This document shows, piece by piece, positions 46,304 to 55,822 of a stretch of 64,000 bases of DNA (the stretch's first letter is position 1; each line of letters begins with the position of its first letter). The stretch is from a virus. Under the pieces are notes generated by a model. That model was not told the origin of the DNA. It did no database searches and saw nothing but the letters and a program-made list of their open reading frames with translations. The position numbers and the translations under genes are program-made. Where the stretch lies: positions 26,362-90,361 of IMG/VR virus record IMGVR_UViG_3300028920_000054. One strand, given 5' to 3'.

Positions 46304-46546
46304 TCATGCACTTAGCGGTGTTTCACTAAATTTAGCTTCAATGCTTTTTCTGCCCAATAGTTTAGATGCCGTTACTCTGTGTCTGCCATCACGAATCAAA
46401 TACCCTCCCCCCTTAAGTCTTGCCACCTTTATGGGCGGAACTGAACCACCACGCTCCATATGCTTTATTAAAGAAAGTGTGCTTTCATTTAACGGATGCC
46501 TGTCCATTCTTATATCGTTAACATGAATTAACTTGGTGCTTCTCAT
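46304..46546 (-). CDS. ParB/Srx N-terminal domain protein
   Basis: PPI.V....Y.I.DGRHR..A..LG. Confidence 0.8.
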   Translation of the reverse strand: MRSTKLIHVNDIRMDRHPLNESTLSLIKHMERGGSVPPIKVARLKGGGYLIRDGRHRVTASKLLGRKSIEAKFSETPLSA

Positions 46547-46571
46547 CTCCTGCCTCCATTCTTTTGGTTAA

Positions 46572-46600
46572 ACTATACCACATTAGGGTTGTTAAGTCAA
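46572..46600 (-). promoter_or_regulatory. sigma-70-type promoter
   Basis: TTGACT-17-TATAGT with extended TG. Confidence 0.75.
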
Positions 46601-46602
46601 GA

Positions 46603-47226
46603 CTATTTTCCAATTCTTGCCTTTAATTGTTTGACTGTCATCACAACTTCAAGAACAAAGTCATCCAATTCCTTTCTGAGTTTGTCTATGTATTTTTCAT
46701 CACGTGGAATTTCCATTATTAGTGGGTCTAGCCCATCGTAGTAAACCATGAAATTCCAGAAGTCATACTCTGAAATTAGTAGTGAACCCTGGATTTGCTG
46801 ATACTTGCCTGAAAGATCGAGAGCTTTTTCGGGATGAAGAAAGCATTCTACAGCTACCGGACTTTCAGGACAATAGATTTCAAGACCAGAGTTAACCAAA
46901 AGTCCATCAGGAGAAGCACCGTAGCGGCGTTGTTCATCTGGAAAGATTAGCCCTGTCTGAATTACATCAATGTCATTTATATAAGCAAACAAGCTCCTAG
47001 CCTTGCCTTCTTCTTCGTGCCCCCTTTTCATGGCATAGCTCATAAACGTAGAACCTGCCGGTTTACCGGTTATATATTCAACGGCAAGTTGATTTATATA
47101 TCCACGTCTTGATTCGGAGGCTATTCCCTTTTTAGTGGCAACTTTTGCGAATTGAGAAACAGTTGGAACCCCCGCCCTTGCTTGCCACCATTCTGGACTG
47201 TATTGGACACATTCTACAATTTTCAC
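46603..47226 (-). CDS. YqaJ/lambda-type exonuclease
   Basis: Q.SPEW..R, AM.RG...E, ASPDGL, LEI.CP, Y.QIQ. Confidence 0.9.
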   Translation of the reverse strand: MKIVECVQYSPEWWQARAGVPTVSQFAKVATKKGIASESRRGYINQLAVEYITGKPAGSTFMSYAMKRGHEEEGKARSLFAYINDIDVIQTGLIFPDEQRRYGASPDGLLVNSGLEIYCPESPVAVECFLHPEKALDLSGKYQQIQGSLLISEYDFWNFMVYYDGLDPLIMEIPRDEKYIDKLRKELDDFVLEVVMTVKQLKARIGK

Positions 47227-48008
47227 TAGCCTTCTTCTCCGGGTTGACGTTCTTTTTTCTTGCCCATGAGGGCTGTTTTCATTGCCTTTTCAAACTTATC
47301 GGCAGGAATTTTTGCAAGAGACTCAAGCTTGATGTGCTCAAGGAACTTCTGAACACCAGCTCTTGCCTTGAGTTCTTTCGTTAATTCTTCTATTTGTTTT
47401 TCGCTGATATAGACAACATCACCTGCGGCATTCCCATCGTCATCGTCACCTGTTGGTATGTTAAAGATCATACAGGTAAGATATCTCCTTCCATACATAA
47501 ACGCAGATGCTTCCCCGTGTATTTGTGTCATCATGGCCTTCCCCGCAATTCCGGTTGTTTGGATTGCCATGTCAACGTGTCGTTTTTCAGTGTGGCCTTG
47601 TTCGTGCATGATATCGACACAAATCCTGATGTGGTTTTCCTTTGGTGTTTCACCTTCGTAAAACATAAGAGAGAAACCCTCTGCGGTATATATCGGTTTG
47701 GCAGACATTAGAACCGCCTTAAGGTCGGCGTAGGTGCTGTGGGTCTGTTCGTTCTTTTCTCTTGCCACAACAAGTTCAATTTTGTTCTGCGCTCGTGTCA
47801 TTGCTGCATTGAATGCTTGTTTTGCGCTTCGGTCAAGAACCTGTTCCTGCATGTCTATGATGCGTTGCATTTTTTCAACATCTGCATCTGGGTTGGTTAC
47901 AAGTCGCTCCAACAAGTCTAAGAACGCATCTTGCTTGTTTGGTGCTGTAACCTCCGCCTGTGTTTCGTCTTTTTTTGTCAATTCCATTTCAACAGTTTCT
48001 TTATTCAT
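47226..48008 (-). CDS. ERF-family ssDNA annealing protein
   Basis: F..AM...Q, YA.L, H..GH, SA..Y.RRY.......DDDGN. Confidence 0.9.
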   Translation of the reverse strand: MNKETVEMELTKKDETQAEVTAPNKQDAFLDLLERLVTNPDADVEKMQRIIDMQEQVLDRSAKQAFNAAMTRAQNKIELVVAREKNEQTHSTYADLKAVLMSAKPIYTAEGFSLMFYEGETPKENHIRICVDIMHEQGHTEKRHVDMAIQTTGIAGKAMMTQIHGEASAFMYGRRYLTCMIFNIPTGDDDDGNAAGDVVYISEKQIEELTKELKARAGVQKFLEHIKLESLAKIPADKFEKAMKTALMGKKKERQPGEEG

Positions 48009-48034
48009 TTTTAGTTCTCCTTTGGTTTTAATCG

Positions 48035-48991
48035 TTATTTCATTGCTTCCGCTCTTTTTGTAAGCGTATCAGCTACCGAATGTATAGAAGCAAGAGCATT
48101 TCTAGATTCAATAATTGCTTCATCAGATACCACATCTGGAGGTTCTATCCATCGTATCCTATCAGCTAATGCAAGCAATTTTTCCCTGTCTGGCCTTAAG
48201 GCTTCTTCACGAATTGCAGCATCCTTCCTGATCTGTTCTAGCGCATCCCTTTCTTCTGCTTCACGTTCAAGCTTTTCCTTTAATTCTTTTTCAGCTAAGA
48301 GTCGTGCTTCTTCTTTTGCTTTTGCTTCAAATTCGGCACGGTTTTTAGCTTCTTCAGCTTCACGTTTTTCTTTTTCAAACGCTTCTTGTTTTGCCTTCAG
48401 TTCCGCTTCTTTTTCCTCTTGTTCTTTTGCCTTCCTATCAAGCTCTGCTTGTAAATCAGCAAGCCGTGCTTCTTCTTTGAGTCTCAACCCTTCTTTTTCT
48501 TCAAACTCAGCCTTGGCCTTAGTGAAAACAGCATCAAACTCTTCATCTTCCATAAGCGAAACTTCCATGTATGGAAGAACTACGCCATATTTCTGTAGGT
48601 TGTCAACACGCTCCTGATTCTTAATTAATTCCTTTCTTGCCTTTTCTTGTTCTATCGCCTTTTGTTCTTCTTCCCATTCGGTAAGTGGCTTTCTGACTTT
48701 ATCCTTCAGTTCGTCAAGAAAATCTCTTGCTTCCTTCCGGTATCCGTCAATAACCTTCGCCTTTTTCTTCCAATCGTCAACCATATCCTTTCCAAGGTCG
48801 TCTATAATGGTTTTTGAACGGGCTACCTTATGTGCAAGCGACTTTAAATCCTTACGTCCTTGGTCTGTCGAAATGTCTGGAACAAAAGACATCGCCCTTT
48901 TTTCTATTTGTTCTAAAAGATTTCCCATGCCGTCTTCCGTGAAAACAACAGCAACATCAAGTTTTTCTACTACTATCAATGCGTCTTCCAT
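48035..48991 (-). CDS. long coiled-coil protein of phage recombination modules
   Basis: PD.ST..GR....SLA.KVA.SKT, L..L....R.PLTEWE. Confidence 0.7.
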   Translation of the reverse strand: MEDALIVVEKLDVAVVFTEDGMGNLLEQIEKRAMSFVPDISTDQGRKDLKSLAHKVARSKTIIDDLGKDMVDDWKKKAKVIDGYRKEARDFLDELKDKVRKPLTEWEEEQKAIEQEKARKELIKNQERVDNLQKYGVVLPYMEVSLMEDEEFDAVFTKAKAEFEEKEGLRLKEEARLADLQAELDRKAKEQEEKEAELKAKQEAFEKEKREAEEAKNRAEFEAKAKEEARLLAEKELKEKLEREAEERDALEQIRKDAAIREEALRPDREKLLALADRIRWIEPPDVVSDEAIIESRNALASIHSVADTLTKRAEAMK

Positions 48992-49221
48992 TATCCTTCC
49001 TCCTGGTCTTCTTCTACTTTTCCGGTTGCAATTTGTGCTTTCATTTTAAAAAGCGCTGTTTTGAAATCGGTTGCAAAACAATGCCCAAAACCTTCAATGT
49101 AAACACAGCAACTAACCACGTCATCTTCCCTGTGTTTGTATTTTGAAATGCAATAACTTGTGTTACAGTGTCTGTTATCTGCCATCTTCTTTAACTTTTC
49201 GTGTGCATCTCTAATTTTCAT
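48991..49221 (-). CDS. hypothetical protein
   Basis: Coupled ORF. Confidence 0.5.
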   Translation of the reverse strand: MKIRDAHEKLKKMADNRHCNTSYCISKYKHREDDVVSCCVYIEGFGHCFATDFKTALFKMKAQIATGKVEEDQEEG

Positions 49222-49223
49222 AA

Positions 49224-49415
49224 TTATCCCCTATATATTATTGTGTTATCTGTTAAATACCCAAATTTCTTTTTCCAAACCCCTTTCGGCCAAGACTTCT
49301 TCTGCAACTCAGATTTTGGTGTTGGAAAATCCCCGTTTCCCCATCCTTCAGATACGTGGTTGTGTTCCCATGCATTCTTTTTTGGATTAAACCTTTGCCA
49401 AACAGTTATCCGCAT
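49224..49415 (-). CDS. hypothetical protein
   Basis: Coupled ORF. Confidence 0.45.
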   Translation of the reverse strand: MRITVWQRFNPKKNAWEHNHVSEGWGNGDFPTPKSELQKKSWPKGVWKKKFGYLTDNTIIYRG

Positions 49416-49834
49416 TTCAATAGCCTGTCATACAAAACAACATGAACCGTTCCAGCCAAGTTCATACACTGATTCGTTGGAATGTAGATTGTATCCTTAC
49501 ACCAAGAAGTGATTTCATCGCCAAGAGTTCCGTCTTCAGGGCCAAAGATATAGAAGGCTTGTTTTGGGTGGACATAATTTCTAAGGTCAATAGCACCTTC
49601 TATCAAGTCAACCGCTACGGTAACACAATTATAAGGAACAATGCTGTGTAAATCATCCACCTGTAAAAGTGGCATATGCCTATGATGTTTCATAGTGTCG
49701 GTTGGTGCTTTCCGATATCGTCTTCCTGAAATGGCAAGCATATAAACACCAAAGTTTCCACAGGCACGAAGGACGCTACCAATGTTATTGTTGTCCTTTG
49801 GTAAATGGAGACCTATGCAAGAATATCCTTTCAT
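49406..49834 (-). CDS. SpoU/TrmH-family (SPOUT) RNA methyltransferase
   Basis: N.G.V.RA, FGPE..., IP...C.NLA....V.LYD. Confidence 0.88.
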   Translation of the reverse strand: MKGYSCIGLHLPKDNNNIGSVLRACGNFGVYMLAISGRRYRKAPTDTMKHHRHMPLLQVDDLHSIVPYNCVTVAVDLIEGAIDLRNYVHPKQAFYIFGPEDGTLGDEITSWCKDTIYIPTNQCMNLAGTVHVVLYDRLLKCG

Positions 49835-49842
49835 TTAAACTC

Positions 49843-50100
49843 CTAATAAATTATCGTTCCACACCCAAGCGAATCGCTGTGTATGGTTCCAACGCTAAAC
49901 CTAGGGTCAAGGTCTTCGTCCACAAATTTGTCGGCACAAGAAATAACAGCTTCAAGAGCATCCGCTATGTCACCTTCAAGGCTAACCCCCGTACAGGTTC
50001 TTCCGTACATTCCTCTGCCTGAATAATCTTCATACAATTCAGCCTCAAAACCGGATTCATTCAGAGCTTCTACAATTGCTTCTGCTAATTCACGTTTCAT
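49843..50100 (-). CDS. hypothetical protein
   Basis: YSGRGMYG..C and DSLG..I.Y motifs common in phage early genes. Confidence 0.6.
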   Translation of the reverse strand: MKRELAEAIVEALNESGFEAELYEDYSGRGMYGRTCTGVSLEGDIADALEAVISCADKFVDEDLDPRFSVGTIHSDSLGCGTIIY

Positions 50101-50126
50101 TTTTACACCTCCATTCTTTTGGTTAA

Positions 50127-50155
50127 ACTGTATCACACAAGGCCGTTAATGTCAA
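50127..50155 (-). promoter_or_regulatory. sigma-70-type promoter
   Basis: TTGACA-17-TACAGT; 22-bp segment 50108-50129 is identical to 46553-46574. Confidence 0.75.
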
Positions 50156-50264
50156 GCCTAATCTTCGTCTTTTTCCATCATCTTCCCTATTTCTTCGTCT
50201 GTCCTGCTTGCGATTATACATAAACACCACACTAGAACCACCAACATGCAAGCTATAAATATTG

Positions 50265-50567
50265 CTATCCACATTTTATTTCTTCCTCCTTTGTAATAAT
50301 GTCAAACTCGTTTCTATTTAATGGTTCCCAAATAAAGCCCGTTCTTTGATACCTCTGAGTTTTTTGCCACCACCTTTTGGGTAGCTTAACGATTTCCCTG
50401 AAATACCAATGGTGCGTTCCGCTTAATAGGTCAGCCCATGCCTTGTACATATTGTAGTCATCCGGCATAGATGCCTCATAAAAACCACCATCAGAACGTC
50501 GCCTAATAATTTCATCCAAGTGTCTCTTCCAAATACATTTTTCGTTTACTATTATCCCAAGCCTCAC
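50265..50567 (-). CDS. hypothetical protein
   Basis: GGGGGTG RBS, GTG start. Confidence 0.45.
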   Translation of the reverse strand: MRLGIIVNEKCIWKRHLDEIIRRRSDGGFYEASMPDDYNMYKAWADLLSGTHHWYFREIVKLPKRWWQKTQRYQRTGFIWEPLNRNEFDIITKEEEIKCG

Positions 50568-50734
50568 TTAGTCACCCCCGACTAACGTTTTTTCTTCTTC
50601 TGTCAATTCTCGAACTTCAACCACATATCCATCACTAGAATACGTTTCGACACAATCATCAACTTCGTCGTCTTCCCTGAATGACGTTATCTTTGTGTTT
50701 GTCTTGGTTGCTATAATTGTTTTCATGGTCACAC

Positions 50735-51061
50735 CTATATTTCTATGATTTTAATTTCTGGTTCCCTTGCTTTTCTTATTGAGTCTACAAGGTTTTGACC
50801 CGCTTCTTTCATTAGGTCGATCATTTCAATGAAGGATTTCTTGCCCATTTTTTGGTTTACAGAATACACCGTCTTAGATTCACCCATAAATTCAACCGAA
50901 TCCTCGCGCCGATACATTCTTTGTGGCGTATCAACATACTTCTCAAAAACAGTGTCGCCATAGGCTTCAGATATTTCCCACGTAGTTTTAAACCCCTCAA
51001 ATTGCACAATAACGTACTTTCCCTTTACCTTTTTGTAGTGTACCTTCGCTAAATTTTTCAT
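50735..51061 (-). CDS. hypothetical protein
   Basis: AGGAG RBS. Confidence 0.55.
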   Translation of the reverse strand: MKNLAKVHYKKVKGKYVIVQFEGFKTTWEISEAYGDTVFEKYVDTPQRMYRREDSVEFMGESKTVYSVNQKMGKKSFIEMIDLMKEAGQNLVDSIRKAREPEIKIIEI

Positions 51062-51276
51062 AGTTATTCTCCTTTCTTTATCCTATTTTTAAACGAATTA
51101 ATCTTCCTGGATACCCGCAGTATTTCACTTGAAACATCCACCGCTTCTTCCTTAGCCACTTCCTTCAGGAACAGTTTTTCATATGACATTCGCATCACCG
51201 ATTTCGACAACATTCTGTTTCGTTGTGCTGTAGCCTGCATTGCTAATCTCCTCCCCTTTTTTATTTTTGGGGTTCC

Positions 51277-51447
51277 CTATCTATGCCTGTAAACATTCAA
51301 TCCGATCACAACACCATCAATTTCCTTATTCCCTTCTGTGCTTGCTATGATAATCGTTTTTCCTGATTTAGAAGGGCCGAAATCTTTCTTGGTATCAACT
51401 TTGATTACCATGATATCCTTTTCCATTTTGATATCTACGTTTTTCAT
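51277..51447 (-). CDS. small conserved protein
   Basis: G.SKSGKT..IAST.GN...GLNVY motif. Confidence 0.65.
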   Translation of the reverse strand: MKNVDIKMEKDIMVIKVDTKKDFGPSKSGKTIIIASTEGNKEIDGVVIGLNVYRHR

Positions 51448-51470
51448 TTTTGCACCTCCTTTTTGATTTA

Positions 51471-51499
51471 AGCATATCATCTTGTTCTGTTAAAGTCAA
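51471..51499 (-). promoter_or_regulatory. sigma-70-type promoter
   Basis: TTGACT-17-TATGCT then TAAATCAAAAAGGAGG. Confidence 0.75.
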
Positions 51500-51506
51500 G
51501 CAAAAT

Positions 51507-51926
51507 CTACGCCCTAATGTAAAATGTTTGCCCATCAAATTCAACCGTTCCATAGTCCTGTTTAATTTCTTCGGCAACCCCTTCCCAATCAATGTGATTT
51601 GCTATATACCACGGTAAGTCAGAGGGAATGTCTCCAATATCCTTACATAGTTCTTCGCAGTATTCTTCAAAGTAATCTTCGTTGATAAGGGTAGCACCGC
51701 AATCCCAATCAGGGAAGTTGCTTCCATCGTTGTTTAATTCCTTCAAGATGTCAAGTTCATCCCCGTTTTCTTCAAGCCAGGAATTTAACGCTTCCTTAGC
51801 TTCAGCCTCTTCGTCTGCATCGGCTTCTTCAATGTCTGCAATTAGACCCTCTTCTTCTGCCGTAAGTTCTTCCAATCTTTCAATTATATCCCTGCTGTCA
51901 ATTACATCTTGCGTGTTGTCAATCAT
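51507..51926 (-). CDS. highly acidic ArdA-like antirestriction/DNA-mimic candidate
   Basis: Very D/E-rich; F.EY..EL..D.G.IP..L..YI..IDW...A.....DY resembles the ArdA C-terminus. Confidence 0.55.
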   Translation of the reverse strand: MIDNTQDVIDSRDIIERLEELTAEEEGLIADIEEADADEEAEAKEALNSWLEENGDELDILKELNNDGSNFPDWDCGATLINEDYFEEYCEELCKDIGDIPSDLPWYIANHIDWEGVAEEIKQDYGTVEFDGQTFYIRA

Positions 51927-52071
51927 TTCGGTTCTCCTTTCAAATCAGTAATAAAGTAAAAAGCATCACCCCAACAAACATCAAAAACCCTGTACATTTT
52001 AACGCTTCGATTAGGTCAGATTTCATTTTGTAGCCCCCTTCGGTTAGAAATAAAACCCCATGGATGGAAGG

Positions 52072-52485
52072 TTATTTACGCTTTTCAACTTCAATTACCG
52101 GAATGTCAAATGACGTATAATAATGAACAGACTTCCATCCAACCACAATATACTTTATAATATCTCTGTGCTTCTTATCCCACCTTAAAATCGCTCGAAC
52201 CGTAGCACCAGAAGAAACAAAATCGTCAACGATTGCCCCAACTGTCCTCCCATGAAAATATAGCCCCGCCACATCTGAATGCGTTCGTTCTTTGGCTTTC
52301 TTTATTGCAATATGGGTTAGCGGTTTCTTTGACAATGCCAACATAGCGGCGGCTATCGAACAACCACTATATCCCCTTGAAACAAGAGTGTTGACTTCAG
52401 GCGGAAGCTTTTTGAGATACGCTTTCGCTACGGTTCCAATGCTTTTTGATTTATATAGTGTTTCATTATATGATACGTGTTCCAC
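52072..52485 (-). CDS. phosphoribosyltransferase domain protein
   Basis: PRPP-binding loop IVDDFVSSGAT. Confidence 0.8.
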   Translation of the reverse strand: MEHVSYNETLYKSKSIGTVAKAYLKKLPPEVNTLVSRGYSGCSIAAAMLALSKKPLTHIAIKKAKERTHSDVAGLYFHGRTVGAIVDDFVSSGATVRAILRWDKKHRDIIKYIVVGWKSVHYYTSFDIPVIEVEKRK

Positions 52486-52505
52486 TTCGCACCTCCTTTG
52501 ATTTT

Positions 52506-52534
52506 AATATATGCTATAATTTATATAGTGTCAA
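52506..52534 (-). promoter_or_regulatory. sigma-70-type promoter
   Basis: TTGACA-17-TATATT then AAATCAAAGGAGG. Confidence 0.7.
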
Positions 52535-52574
52535 GTAAAATCTTTAACGAAAACAAAACCCATTGGTAAGAAGT

Positions 52575-52742
52575 TTAATTTTCCCCTTCTTCGCCATCAA
52601 TCTCATAATCAAGGCGTGGCTTAATTTCCCTGTAAACTGAATCAACCCCACCACACCGAATCCTGTCCATCCGTTCATAATTTTCAACCAGTTTTTCGAG
52701 CACCATAATGCGCTCTTCCAATCTTTTAATCTTTTCTAACAT
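52575..52742 (-). CDS. small coiled-coil protein (paralog of 55823-55999)
   Basis: GGAGGTG RBS; LVENYERMDRIR. Confidence 0.5.
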   Translation of the reverse strand: MLEKIKRLEERIMVLEKLVENYERMDRIRCGGVDSVYREIKPRLDYEIDGEEGEN

Positions 52743-52759
52743 AATCACACCTCCCCGTT

Positions 52760-52999
52760 CTATATTCCCTGTTCCTGGATATCCCACGCTTCTTCAGGTT
52801 CCCAGAATTTAACATATTCCCTGTAAATAAGGTCGTTTGAAGCAAGACTTGGATCACCTTCTGCAAAGCCCTGCCACCAGTCTTCCATAATTTCAACTGC
52901 GCTTTCAATCGCTTTGTCCCTTGTCCTGCCAACGAAAACATCACACTGGGGAACGTCATCATAGTTAATCCACCTTCTTGTAATTATCGTTATCTTCAT
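52760..52999 (-). CDS. hypothetical protein
   Basis: GGAGGTG RBS. Confidence 0.5.
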   Translation of the reverse strand: MKITIITRRWINYDDVPQCDVFVGRTRDKAIESAVEIMEDWWQGFAEGDPSLASNDLIYREYVKFWEPEEAWDIQEQGI

Positions 53000-53190
53000 T
53001 TTTTCACCTCCATTGTGTGCAAAAGCTTACAAATTGTTGTACCCGGATGGCAATCAGCGCAAAGTGTTATATATTTTGGTCTGCCAACGCTTTCGGCTTG
53101 AACCAATCTAACCTTTATAAGATATACTTCTTTGCCATTCGGTTTCTTTTTACATAAATCACACGCTACTGGGTAATCCACTTTAATCAC
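52996..53190 (-). CDS. small zinc-finger protein
   Basis: CDLC...CADC. Confidence 0.5.
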   Translation of the reverse strand: MIKVDYPVACDLCKKKPNGKEVYLIKVRLVQAESVGRPKYITLCADCHPGTTICKLLHTMEVKK

Positions 53191-53372
53191 CCCCGTTTTA
53201 AATGTTCGTTAGATATCTTTAAAAATTCGATTGCCTGATTTATTGAATCAAGGGCTAATCGGTAATTAGCTGATGCAAGTACGTTTTCGTTCAGCTTGCT
53301 ATCCAAATCGTCAGATATTTCAAACAAAATGCTAAGTTTTAATTCACCAAGTTGTTTTATGCACTCGTCCAT
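53187..53372 (-). CDS. hypothetical protein
   Basis: AGGAGG RBS. Confidence 0.5.
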   Translation of the reverse strand: MDECIKQLGELKLSILFEISDDLDSKLNENVLASANYRLALDSINQAIEFLKISNEHLKRG

Positions 53373-53383
53373 TTCATTGCCTC

Positions 53384-53656
53384 CTAATCTGTACCAAATT
53401 GTTCTTGGTATAGTTTTTTGAAAGTCTCGTTATCAACCCTTGAATCCTTTTGGCCCCCATCAATCCAATTGAGATGTTTCCCCGTAGTGGTTCCCCACCG
53501 ATTTTGATGAACCACAAGGCCATTGCTTCCCCTGAATGCCACAAGCGTTTTGTAAGAATAATAAAAATCATTACCCCTTGAATCTGTGAAACACAGGGTA
53601 TGCGCTCCGTAATTGTCACTTGAATATTCTCCATAATTGTGAAATTTTACTTGCAT
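53384..53656 (-). CDS. hypothetical conserved phage protein
   Basis: YSY.T.VAF, N.W..TTGKH.NWID. Confidence 0.6.
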   Translation of the reverse strand: MQVKFHNYGEYSSDNYGAHTLCFTDSRGNDFYYSYKTLVAFRGSNGLVVHQNRWGTTTGKHLNWIDGGQKDSRVDNETFKKLYQEQFGTD

Positions 53657-53876
53657 TTTGCACCTCCCATCAATAGTTAAACGACAAGTCTAACAAGTTA
53701 GACAGTTCCATTGCTTCTTGTTCCGTTAGTGTGATCGCCTGTGTTCCTTTTTGTATTGCCACAACATCCTTGTCACCCTTAACACGTGGTAATTGACTTT
53801 TTATGGTCAAGGTGACATCTTTTTCGGTATAAATTCTAGTGACTTCCATGATACCCCCTTTTCAAATAATCCATGG

Positions 53877-54395
53877 TTAGGAAATCCCATCCGTATATTT
53901 ATAAACATCAAAAGTCTTACCGCTTGCTATGCGTTCAAACTTTCCACCGATAAATTCAGCAATGCGATAATAACAATTTGTTCCAATACCACCACTATAC
54001 CCAGGGTTAGCATCACCGTAAACGTGGATACCATAAGGAGCTGGGCCATCGTCAAGACTCCCGTTCCCACCCCTGATATTTTCTATTCCCAAACCCCAAA
54101 GCTTGTATTTCAGAAAATCGTTGAAAATATCAGCAATGACGGTTGATTCCTTATCATACCCACAACCACTACACCTATACCCATCACGGCGTTCATAATG
54201 ACCATCTTGATATTCTACAGAAGCTTCGGCGTTAGGATTTGACCCCCAGGTTCGTGACCGCTTCCATTCGATAGTAATGGTTATAGTCTTGATAGGTTTT
54301 TGGTTCTTCTCTGATTCAATGCGGTCAAGTTCTTTTTTGGCTTCTCGATCCGCTTTCCTTGCTTCTCTTCTTTCCGCTTTTTCTTGTTCCGTCAT
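53877..54395 (-). CDS. hypothetical conserved phage protein
   Basis: EW..SR.WG.NP, SGCGYDKEST. Confidence 0.6.
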   Translation of the reverse strand: MTEQEKAERREARKADREAKKELDRIESEKNQKPIKTITITIEWKRSRTWGSNPNAEASVEYQDGHYERRDGYRCSGCGYDKESTVIADIFNDFLKYKLWGLGIENIRGGNGSLDDGPAPYGIHVYGDANPGYSGGIGTNCYYRIAEFIGGKFERIASGKTFDVYKYTDGIS

Positions 54396-54399
54396 CGCT

Positions 54400-54606
54400 C
54401 TATTCTCCCTTCGCTTCAAAGTTGTTACAGCAAAAATCAGGCTTTGTTACAATTTCTTCACCCGTTGTTAAATATCCGTCAACATCCATTATTCGCACCA
54501 GCCCCCACCCTTCGCCTGTTAAAAAAGAACAAAAACCATAATCAAAGGTAATGCTACCTATTTTTCTAACTTCCCAATTTTTACATCTTTCGCATTTTTC
54601 GATCAT
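54400..54606 (-). CDS. small Cys-rich protein
   Basis: CERC..W, G.C, T.PDF.C..F. Confidence 0.55.
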   Translation of the reverse strand: MIEKCERCKNWEVRKIGSITFDYGFCSFLTGEGWGLVRIMDVDGYLTTGEEIVTKPDFCCNNFEAKGE

Positions 54607-54628
54607 GTTAAACCCCCTTTTTGATTTA

Positions 54629-54657
54629 ATCCTACACCCTGAAATATGCAATGTCAA
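54629..54657 (-). promoter_or_regulatory. sigma-70-type promoter
   Basis: TTGACA-17-TAGGAT then TAAATCAAAAAGGGGG. Confidence 0.7.
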
Positions 54658-54754
54658 GCTTTTTCTTTGCTATTTGAAAAATAAACAATCATGGTTAGAC
54701 ATGCCCTTAAAACTTTTATCCCCTATATACACTAATCAATCTAAATTTTGAAGC

Positions 54755-55141
54755 CTATAATCTTTCCGTATTCCATAGAAGGTCTTCGTATAGTTCATCA
54801 CCCAAGAAGCGCTTCAACTTATCGGCCTGTCGTTCGCAAACCTTGAACAGTTTTTCATCTTTCCGACTGTCCGTGTCATATCCATATTCATCGGCCCAAT
54901 CTTCAAAGGAACGCGCATTTTCAACCCCAGAACTATCAGAGGCAAGAGCATCAAGGACACTTTCTGTTGTTGGCTCTCCGCTTATACCATAACCCTGCGA
55001 AAAGTATGTTGTTAGCTGTCTACCTGAACGCTTGAGTGTGACCTTGTAATGGTTGGCGTTTTTCCAGTCCGGTGCATTTTTGTTCTCATCGGCCCACTCA
55101 ACACTGATACTTATTTTGTTTTTCTTTACAAAGTTTTTCAT
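54755..55141 (-). CDS. hypothetical conserved phage protein
   Basis: P....VL..L..D, FE.WA.EYGYD.DSRK. Confidence 0.65.
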   Translation of the reverse strand: MKNFVKKNKISISVEWADENKNAPDWKNANHYKVTLKRSGRQLTTYFSQGYGISGEPTTESVLDALASDSSGVENARSFEDWADEYGYDTDSRKDEKLFKVCERQADKLKRFLGDELYEDLLWNTERL

Positions 55142-55209
55142 TTCCCTGTACCCCCTGTTTGTTTTTTTAAAACTAAAACCTTGTGGTTAGAAATGCCCCT
55201 CAATACGCT

Positions 55210-55527
55210 CTACCATATAACAAACTTTCTAGTTTCAATAAGCGAAATTAGATCACGTCTATTAAAAAGCGCAATTCCTTCCGAATTCCTAATGTGGGTG
55301 AAATAATCGGAATATACGGGATAGGCATCGTAATTGAGACCGTCAGTGGCCGCATTGCAGTTTTTAAGGTAATCTCCATAATTTCGCTTTGTGTGGGTTA
55401 AAGAGAATTCTTCCCCAGTTTCATCACTTCCAGTTATATCAAAAACCATCTTATTAATTCTTATTTTTCTCCCATTTCTAATTTCACGAACGCTTTTAAT
55501 GTCTAATGCTGCCGCCTTCTTTGGCAT
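55210..55527 (-). CDS. hypothetical protein
   Basis: AGGAGGTG RBS. Confidence 0.5.
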   Translation of the reverse strand: MPKKAAALDIKSVREIRNGRKIRINKMVFDITGSDETGEEFSLTHTKRNYGDYLKNCNAATDGLNYDAYPVYSDYFTHIRNSEGIALFNRRDLISLIETRKFVIW

Positions 55528-55822
55528 TACACACCTCCTTTTTTATTTACTAAAAAACTAAACCCTATGGTTAGAAGAGTACTTGATACGCCCCTTCACT
55601 CCCATATAATAACAACATCTAAACAACACCCTATCACATCCGAAAATAAAACACCACAAGAAAAAGAAAATTAACAACATAAAAATCGTAAGTGGCTGAA
55701 AATTGGAAGGGAAAAGAAGGGTGAGGCCGCTTCCCCGGCGCCCCTAATCTGCAATATAGTAATCTAATCAGCAACTTACAGCGAAAAATCATCCCATTCG
55801 TTCCCCCCTAAAATCCCGAAAC

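Noticed and set aside
53374-53634. 86-aa ORF overlapping 53384-53656
   Set aside because: Alternative frame of the gene that has the RBS and conserved motifs
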